Assembly: GCA_003553795.1 (NCBI GenBank) | Contig: PWFH01000026.1 | Coordinates: 84,711 to 108,710 of the forward strand | DNA length: 24,000 bases | Reading direction: 5' to 3' | Source of the DNA: Egibacter sp. | GTDB taxonomy: Bacteria > Actinomycetota > Nitriliruptoria > Euzebyales > Egibacteraceae | Shown here: positions 9,285 through 14,610 of the stretch, one piece after another | Position numbering within the stretch: the stretch's first letter is position 1 | How the letters are laid out: each line of letters starts with the position of its first letter | Notes under the pieces: generated by a model | What the model was told of the DNA's origin: nothing | The model's input: the letters and a program-made list of their open reading frames with translations, nothing else | Databases searched by the model: none | Program-made: the position numbers and the translations under genes

Positions 9285-9353
9285 GAGTGTAGCGGCCCCG
9301 GCGGCGCCACGTGGGTAGGCGGCGCGACGCCGAGGCCGCAGAGGGAGTGAGCG

Positions 9354-9701
9354 ATGTCGGAGGCCACGCGCGACCGTGGGACCGCCCGGACACGACGGCG
9401 ACGCGCCGCGGTGCTCGGCGTCGCACTCGGCGCCTTGGCGCTGACCGCAGGCCCGCTCGGCACGGCGTGGGGCGCCGACGGCGAGACGGTCGTGCCCGCG
9501 CAGGTCGGCACCGCTGAGCGCGTCGACCCCGAGGAGGTCCTCGTCGTGGTCGCGCCAGGGGAGACGATGTGGGAGCTGGTCCTGCCCCACGCCCCCGCGG
9601 GCGCCGATCCGCACGCGTTCGTCGCCGAGGTGGCCGCGCGCAACGGGGTCGATCCGGGCCGACTGGAGCCAGGGATGGCGTTGCGGGTGCCCCAGCGGTG
9701 A
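9354..9701 (+). CDS. ChiZ-like SOS-regulated membrane-anchored LysM-domain protein
   Basis: 115 aa. SD GAGGGAG precedes the ATG. The N-terminus is Arg-rich (TRDRGTARTRRRRA), followed by a TM helix (AVLGVALGALALTAGPLG) and a C-terminal LysM motif (VVVAPGETMWELV...VAARNGVDPGRLEPGMALRVP). It is divergent from lexA, with the same architecture and position as M. tuberculosis Rv2719c (from memory). Confidence 0.75.
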   Translation: MSEATRDRGTARTRRRRAAVLGVALGALALTAGPLGTAWGADGETVVPAQVGTAERVDPEEVLVVVAPGETMWELVLPHAPAGADPHAFVAEVAARNGVDPGRLEPGMALRVPQR

Positions 9702-9704
9702 GGC

Positions 9705-10253
9705 CTACGCCTCGGCGGCTCCGCCCATGGACCCCTGGTCCCCGTCCGGATCGGCATCGTCGTGGCCAGCGCCCCCGGTGGCGGGCGCGTCAGCGGCGGG
9801 CTCCTGGGTGCCGAGCGTGGCGAGCTCCCGCTCGAAGTCCTCGGTCCTCGTGAAGCTCTTGTAGACGCTGGCGAAGCGCAGGTAGGCGACCTCGTGGAGC
9901 TCGCGCAGGGCGAGGAGCACCTCGAGTCCCACCTCCTCGCTGGGGACCTCGTGGCGGTGGCTGTCGCGGAGGTGGCCCTCGACCCGGGCGACCGCGCGGC
10001 GCACGGCGGAGGGCTCGATCTCGAGGTTCTTCGTTGCCCGCAGGATGCCGGTCGCGACCTTGTCGCGGTCGAAGAGCTCGAGGTCCCCGCTGCGCTTGCG
10101 CACCCGCAGCACGGGCTGCTCGACCCGCTCGTAGGTCGAGAAGCGCTGGCCGCAGGCGCGGCACGCCCGGCGCCGGCGGACCGCGCCGCCGTCCTCGGCG
10201 CTGCGCGAGTCGATGACGCGGTCCTCGTCGAGCCCACAGTACGGACAGCGCAC
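9705..10253 (-). CDS. nrdR: Transcriptional repressor NrdR (Zn-ribbon + ATP-cone)
   Basis: MRCPYCG...CRACGQRFSTYERV zinc ribbon, then an ATP-cone (VRKRSGDLELFDRDKVATGILRA...). GTG start with SD GAGGAGG 9 nt upstream. There is an acidic, Gly-rich C-terminal tail. Confidence 0.9.
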   Translation of the reverse strand: MRCPYCGLDEDRVIDSRSAEDGGAVRRRRACRACGQRFSTYERVEQPVLRVRKRSGDLELFDRDKVATGILRATKNLEIEPSAVRRAVARVEGHLRDSHRHEVPSEEVGLEVLLALRELHEVAYLRFASVYKSFTRTEDFERELATLGTQEPAADAPATGGAGHDDADPDGDQGSMGGAAEA

Positions 10254-10284
10254 GGTTCACGACCTCCTCTCGACGTGCGGGGCC

Positions 10285-10428
10285 TGTGGATCCCCGGGGA
10301 CTCCTCCACGGCCCCGTCCACCGCATCGACGTCGTCGTCCACGATCCTCGGCGCCCGTCCACACCCCATCCACGGACTTCCGGCGAGCCGTCCAAGATGT
10401 CGTGGCAAGAGCGGGCTGCTCGTCCACA
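10285..10428 (+). promoter_or_regulatory. Phased array of GTCCAC (DnaA-box-like) motifs upstream of nrdR
   Basis: Same-strand hexamers: cTCCAC 10304, GTCCAC 10316, GTCCAC 10337, GTCCAC 10357, ATCCAC 10368, GTCCAA 10390, GTCCAC 10422, plus an inverted ATCCACA at 10285-10291. Start-to-start spacings are 12, 21, 20, 11, 22 and 32 nt. The best 9-mers are TCGTCCACA (8/9), and CCGTCCACA and TCGTCCACG (7/9 each), against the actinobacterial DnaA box TTGTCCACA. Confidence 0.45.
10390..10405 (-). promoter_or_regulatory. Candidate NrdR box A (facing nrdR)
   Basis: The minus strand reads CCACGACATCTTGGAC, which is 13/16 identical to box B. It lies 137-152 nt upstream of the nrdR GTG. It overlaps one unit of the GTCCAC array, so assignment is ambiguous. 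Confidence 0.4.
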
Positions 10429-10510
10429 GGGTCACCTCGCGGGGGCGTCTCTGCCCACGTCATGGCGCTGCTACCGTCGCCGGCAAGAACACCATAGCCG
10501 ATGGATCACA

Positions 10511-10526
10511 CCACAACATCTTGGGT
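10511..10526 (+). promoter_or_regulatory. Candidate NrdR box B (upstream of nrdJ)
   Basis: CCACAACATCTTGGGT. The core CACAACATCTTGGG fits the published NrdR-box pattern acaCwAtATaTwgtgt at 13 of 14 core positions by my alignment. Confidence 0.55.
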
Positions 10527-10541
10527 CGGGTGGGTTCGAGC

Positions 10542-10557
10542 GTCATGCATCTTGGGG
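10542..10557 (+). promoter_or_regulatory. Candidate NrdR box C (tandem partner of box B)
   Basis: GTCATGCATCTTGGGG shares CATCTTGGG with box B at exactly 31 nt offset, the typical tandem NrdR-box spacing. The left half-site is degenerate. Confidence 0.45.
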
Positions 10558-10676
10558 AATTCTCCCTCACACCTGCTTGACGCCGCCCCCGGGACGAGGC
10601 AAGGTAGCGAGGCCGGCACGGCAAATCACAAGCTTGGAGTTCCACCAACGGGGGCTTCGCCCAGCGAGGAGTTCAC

Positions 10677-13445
10677 ATGGTCACCACACGTCAGGCCCTG
10701 CGCGCGGTCGAGTCCGACGGCCACACCGGCCTCAAGCTCGACCGGCACTTCACCACCGATGGTGCGCACCCCTACGACGAGGTGTCGTGGGAGCGGCGTG
10801 ATGCGGTGATCACCGACTGGAAGACCGGCGAGGTCGCCTTCGAGCAGCGCGACGTCGAGTTCCCCACGAGCTGGTCGCTCAACGCCACGACGATCGTCGC
10901 GCAGAAGTACTTCCGCGGGACGCTGGGCACCCCCGAGCGCGAGTCGAGCGTGCGACACATGATCGACCGCGTCGCCGACACCATCACGCGCTGGGGTGTC
11001 GACGATGGCTACTTCGCCGACGAGGAGTCCGCGGAGGTCTTCAACCACGAGCTCAAGCACCTGCTCGTCAACCAGAAGATGGCCTTCAACAGCCCCGTCT
11101 GGTTCAACTGCGGTGTCGAGGACAAGCCGCAGTGCTCGGCCTGCTTCATCCTCTCGGTCGAGGACCAGATGAGCTCGATCCTCAACTGGTACGTCGAGGA
11201 GGGCACGATCTTCAAGGGCGGCTCGGGCTCGGGGGTCAACCTCTCCAACATCCGCTCGAGCCTCGAGCCGCTGCGTGGCGGCGGGCAGGCCTCCGGCCCG
11301 GTGAGCTTCATGCGCGGCGCCGACGCCTCGGCGGGCACGATCAAGTCCGGCGGCAAGACCCGTCGCGCCGCGAAGATGGTCATCCTCGACGTCGACCACC
11401 CCGACGTCGAGGAGTTCATCTGGTGCAAGCGCAACGAGGAGATGAAGTCCCGCGCGCTCGCCGGCGCCGGCTTCGACATGAGCTTCGACAGCGCTGACTC
11501 CGCGACGATCCAGTACCAGAACGCGAACAACTCCGTCCGCGTCGACGACGAGTTCATGCGGGCCGTCGAGCAGGGCCGTGACTACGACCTCAAGGCCGTC
11601 ACGACCGGCGAGTCGCTCAAGACCGTCAACGCCCGCGACCTCATGGACCAGATCGCCCAGGCGGCCTGGGAGTGCGCCGACCCCGGGATGCAGTACGACA
11701 CGACGATCAACGACTGGCACACCACGCCCAACGCCGGTCGCATCAACGGCTCGAACCCCTGCTCGGAGTACATGCACCTCGACAACTCCGCCTGCAACCT
11801 CGCGAGCCTCAACCTCCGCAAGTTCGAGAAGGGCGGGGTCTTCAACGTCGACGACTTCACCCGCGCGGTGGAGATCACCTTCACCGCCCAGGAGATCATC
11901 GTCGGCAACTCCAGCTACCCGACCGAGCGCATCGCCGAGAACGCCCGCGCCTACCGCCAGCTCGGGCTCGGCTACGCCAACCTCGGCGGCCTGCTCATGA
12001 GCCAGGGGCTGGCCTACGACTCCGACGAGGGCCGGGCCTGGGCCGGGGCGATCACCGCGCTCATGACCGGTCACGCCTACCGCACCTCGACCGAGCTCGC
12101 GCGGGTGCAGGGGCCGTTCGAGGGCTATGAGCGGGACCGCGACGGCATGCTCCGGGTGCTCGCCAAGCACCGCGACGCCGCGGAGGCCCTCGACGACGAG
12201 CGCGCGCCCGCGGGCGTCCTCGACGCCGCGCGCCATGCGTGGAACGAGGCCGTGGAGGCCGGCACCGAGCATGGCGTGCGCAACGCCCAGGCCTCGGTCC
12301 TCGCGCCGACCGGGACCATCGGGCTCATGATGGACTGCGACACCACCGGCATCGAGCCCGACCTCGGGCTGGTGAAGATGAAGAAGCTCTCCGGTGGCGG
12401 TTCGATGCGCATCGTCAACCACACGGTGCCCGCCGCGCTCGAGAAGCTCGGCTACCAGCCCGAGCAGGTCGAGGCGATCGTCGCCTACATCGACAAGCAC
12501 TCGACGATCGAGGGCGCGCCGGCGCTCAGGGAGGAGCACCTCCCGGTCTTCGACTGCGCGATGGGCACCCGGTCGATCGCGCCCATGGGGCACGTGAAGA
12601 TGATGGGTGCGGTGCAGCCGTTCATCTCCGGGGCGATCTCGAAGACGATCAACCTGCCGGAGTCGGCGACCGTCGAGGACGTCGCCGAGACCTACATGGA
12701 GGGATGGCGCCTCGGGCTCAAGGCCGTGGCGATCTACCGCGACAACTGCAAGGTCGCCCAGCCGCTCGCCATCGCCAAGGACGAGTCCAACGAGGCGAAG
12801 GCCCCGGCGACCAAGGAGGAGGCCGCCGAGCGCGGTGTCACCCGTCGGCGCCTGCCCAAGCAGCGCCCGAGCCAGACGATCTCCTTCACCGTCGGCGACG
12901 CCGAGGGCTACCTCACCGCCGGTGAGTACCCCGGCGACGGCATCGGGGAGATGTTCGTCAAGCTCGGCAAGCAGGGCTCGACGCTGTCGGGGGTCATGGA
13001 CGCGTTCGCCATCGCGGTGTCGATCGGGCTGCAGTACGGCGTGCCGCTCGAGGAGTTCGTGAAGAAGTTCACGAACATGCGCTTCGAGCCGGCCGGCATG
13101 ACCGACGACCCCGAGGTGAAGTTCGCCTCGAGCGTCCTCGACTACATGTTCCGACGGCTCGCGATCGAGTACCTGCCCGCCGAGACCCGCCAGGAGCTCG
13201 GGATCTACTCTCTCGAGGAGCGCAACGCCCAACTCGACGCGCAGTACGGGCCGGCGCCAGAGAAGGCGCAGGAGCCGACCGTCGACGTCGAGGGCCAGAC
13301 GGTGCTGCCGGTCGCCGAGGGACGCTCGGAGATCGACGACATCTACGGCGACGCGCCGATGTGCTTCTCCTGCGGCGTGAAGATGCAGCGCTCCGGGGCG
13401 TGCCACGTCTGCGCCCAGTGCGGCACGACGACCGGCTGCTCGTAG
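10677..13445 (+). CDS. nrdJ: Class II (adenosylcobalamin-dependent) ribonucleoside-diphosphate reductase NrdJ
   Basis: 922 aa with SD GAGGAG 5 nt before the ATG. RNR motifs are present: FNSPVWFNCG, SACFI, GGSGSGVNLSNIR, GSNPCSEY and SISKTINLP-like GAISKTINLPE. The Cys-rich C-terminal tail (CFSCGVKMQRSGACHVCAQCGTTTGCS) is typical of NrdJ. Confidence 0.95.
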   Translation: MVTTRQALRAVESDGHTGLKLDRHFTTDGAHPYDEVSWERRDAVITDWKTGEVAFEQRDVEFPTSWSLNATTIVAQKYFRGTLGTPERESSVRHMIDRVADTITRWGVDDGYFADEESAEVFNHELKHLLVNQKMAFNSPVWFNCGVEDKPQCSACFILSVEDQMSSILNWYVEEGTIFKGGSGSGVNLSNIRSSLEPLRGGGQASGPVSFMRGADASAGTIKSGGKTRRAAKMVILDVDHPDVEEFIWCKRNEEMKSRALAGAGFDMSFDSADSATIQYQNANNSVRVDDEFMRAVEQGRDYDLKAVTTGESLKTVNARDLMDQIAQAAWECADPGMQYDTTINDWHTTPNAGRINGSNPCSEYMHLDNSACNLASLNLRKFEKGGVFNVDDFTRAVEITFTAQEIIVGNSSYPTERIAENARAYRQLGLGYANLGGLLMSQGLAYDSDEGRAWAGAITALMTGHAYRTSTELARVQGPFEGYERDRDGMLRVLAKHRDAAEALDDERAPAGVLDAARHAWNEAVEAGTEHGVRNAQASVLAPTGTIGLMMDCDTTGIEPDLGLVKMKKLSGGGSMRIVNHTVPAALEKLGYQPEQVEAIVAYIDKHSTIEGAPALREEHLPVFDCAMGTRSIAPMGHVKMMGAVQPFISGAISKTINLPESATVEDVAETYMEGWRLGLKAVAIYRDNCKVAQPLAIAKDESNEAKAPATKEEAAERGVTRRRLPKQRPSQTISFTVGDAEGYLTAGEYPGDGIGEMFVKLGKQGSTLSGVMDAFAIAVSIGLQYGVPLEEFVKKFTNMRFEPAGMTDDPEVKFASSVLDYMFRRLAIEYLPAETRQELGIYSLEERNAQLDAQYGPAPEKAQEPTVDVEGQTVLPVAEGRSEIDDIYGDAPMCFSCGVKMQRSGACHVCAQCGTTTGCS

Positions 13446-13449
13446 TGTG

Positions 13450-13537
13450 AACCGCCACCCGGATGGCATGGGGATCCGCCAGCTCGTGTCAGTGGATCCG
13501 CCATCCGGTGTCAGTGGTTGCGCCAGGACTGACACGC
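13450..13537 (+). repeat. About 22-nt tandem repeat array with embedded competing hairpins, directly after the nrdJ stop
   Basis: Units: GGATCCGCCAgctcGTGTCAGT (13472-13493), GGATCCGCCAtccgGTGTCAGT (13494-13515) and GGTTGCGCCAggACTGACAC (13516-13535, with the 8-mer inverted), plus a degenerate unit at about 13450-13471 (CCGCCA at 13452). ACTGACAC can pair with either upstream GTGTCAGT. CCGGATGG (13459-13466) pairs with CCATCCGG (13501-13508). Confidence 0.7.
13507..13537 (+). terminator. Possible nrdJ terminator hairpin (no U-tract)
   Basis: GTGTCAGT (13508-13515) and ACTGACAC (13528-13535) form an 8-bp perfect stem 62 nt after the nrdJ TAG. There is no trailing T-run, which is common in actinobacteria but weakens the call. 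Confidence 0.35.
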
Positions 13538-13981
13538 CATGAGTGAGGCCAGGCTGGCCGGTGAGGTGTCGCCGGTCGGCCTGGCCTCCGGCGTCGCGCG
13601 TGCGGAGCAGACACGCGAATCCCTGCCCGCGGCGTCCGGCTCGTTCCGCGGTCCGATCCCTGCAGGTGGTGAGCGGCCTTGAGCGTGACCGATGCGTTGT
13701 CCTGGGCGACAGCGGAACAGGAAGGGGTGGTCGGCTCCCGCCCCGGCGTCAACATGTCGTGGTGTTCGCGCCGGGGAGTAAGGACAGCACACCGGCAACG
13801 CGGTGGCGGGGCCGCGGCGCTCCGGTCGCGGTGCCACCGCAGGGCCGCGGCGAGCGCAGCAACCGCCCGCGAGAGGGTCTGTCGCACGCACTCTCGGCGC
13901 AATTGGCGTGGTGTGGCGGCCAAGCCGGTCGCCGAGGGCACCGACATGCTGCCAGCAACCGCCGAGTTGGTCTTCTGAACG

Positions 13982-14167
13982 GTGTTGGGCCTCATCGCCC
14001 TCGTTGGGCTCATCGCCGCCGGGCTCTGGGCCGCGAAGCATCGGTACTTCGGCTATCGGCGCGTGCGAGCACAGGCGGACCAGGCCTCTGCCCCCGACCC
14101 GCCGCACGAGCGCAGTCTGAAGCGTTCGGACGGCGCCGGGCCGCGGGTGCCCCCTGACCAGCGATGA
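13982..14167 (+). CDS. Possible small single-pass membrane protein (61 aa); weak call
   Basis: GTG start with no SD. The N-terminal helix is LGLIALVGLIAAGLWAA, followed by a basic stretch (KHRYFGYRRVR). GC3 is about 83% by my count, against >90% in neighbouring genes. An internal near-duplicate (GTTGGGCCTCATCGCC at 13984 and GTTGGGCTCATCGCC at 14003) keeps CTCATCGCC in frame. Confidence 0.3.
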   Translation: MLGLIALVGLIAAGLWAAKHRYFGYRRVRAQADQASAPDPPHERSLKRSDGAGPRVPPDQR

Positions 14168-14311
14168 TGGAGGTCCCCACACCGCAGCTCCGTCGGCGCC
14201 GCCATGCGCGCACCCGCCGTCCCTTGACGTCGGTCAGGCGCACCTCAGCCGCAGGGGCGGGGTCGGACCCTTCGCGCACCGCCGCCCAGAGACCGTGCTC
14301 CGCCGCAGGGG

Positions 14312-14342
14312 TGTGAGTCTCGCCATTCTGGCGAGACTCGCA
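14312..14342 (+). other. Strong hairpin in the heliorhodopsin upstream region
   Basis: GAGTCTCGCC (14315-14324), loop attct, then GGCGAGACTC (14330-14339). This is a perfect 10-bp stem extendable to about 13 bp (14312-14342). Function is unknown (attenuator, processing site or protein-binding site). Confidence 0.5.
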
Positions 14343-14610
14343 GAACGATCCCAAGAGGAGAGGCGGGACAGCGTCAATGCGCCACCCCCCCTGAGGGGGG
14401 CGAGCGTCGCCGGGGGACCACGCACCCGGCTGGCGGCCCCCGCAGGGAGGGCCCACGGCATCCCGGCGAGGGGGCCGTGGCCCGCACCGGTCCGTCACGC
14501 GGCTTGGCGCCGGCCCGGAGGGCGCAGAGTCCGTGATCGCCACGGTCACGGGTGCTGGTGGCCGAGCCGCCGGGGCGCTGACGGCCAGCGCCGCAACGGG
14601 AGGATTCACG

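Noticed and set aside
10529-10545. tRNA-like GGGTTCGAGCG, and also CCCGGGTTCGAG on the minus strand at 23455-23470
   Set aside because: The flanks cannot form a T-arm or acceptor stem. The second case is simply one arm of the 15-bp terminator hairpin.
10254-10676. Cobalamin riboswitch or other leader RNA upstream of nrdJ
   Set aside because: No B12-box or GGGAA/GGTG core was seen, and B12 repression of a B12-dependent enzyme makes no regulatory sense. A TTGACG at 10577-10582 lacks a convincing -10, so no promoter was called.
10677-13445. Intein in NrdJ
   Set aside because: The length (922 aa) is normal for actinobacterial NrdJ. The RNR motifs are contiguous, and no intein block (a Cys/Ser junction with a terminal HN) interrupts them.
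10626-13535. 969-aa ORF antisense to nrdJ, and similar long shadow ORFs (2452-4005, 1035-2417, 6462-8219, 6082-7161, 16936-18555, 17033-18589, 19998-21308, 21937-23418, 14374-15573 and others)
   Set aside because: These are typical high-GC alternative-frame or antisense open frames. Their composition is Arg/Pro/Gly/Asp-dominated with no motifs, and each overlaps a gene with clear family signatures.
13472-13537. CRISPR array or Tn7-like transposon end (multiple 22-bp sites)
   Set aside because: The units are contiguous with no spacers. There are no cas, tns or other transposase genes in the window. I found no matching inverted end downstream. The inverted 8-mer lies only 12 nt away, which fits a hairpin better.
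13976-13978. In-frame TGA as a selenocysteine codon
   Set aside because: There is no convincing SECIS-like hairpin immediately downstream. The upstream 99-aa part is Arg/Cys/Trp/His-rich and does not look like a real protein.
14164-14316. 50-codon Arg-rich ORF (MMEVPTPQLRRRRHARTRRP...) whose start overlaps the stop of the 61-aa ORF
   Set aside because: No SD, a strongly Arg-biased composition typical of an off-frame GC-rich reading, and GC3 only about 82%.
13446-14610. Known structured RNAs (RNase P, tmRNA, SRP RNA; cobalamin, c-di-AMP/ydaO, ZTP, fluoride, guanidine, Mn riboswitches)
   Set aside because: I looked on both strands for the signature strings I remember: GAGGAAAGTCCGGGC and ACAGAACCCGGC; a tmRNA tag with a TCCACCA end; the SRP GGAAGCAGCC core; the B12 box; the ydaO GGGGTGAATC-type core; and others. 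Only short, unconvincing similarities turned up, such as GCCGGGGGACCAC. This is not a substitute for cmscan.
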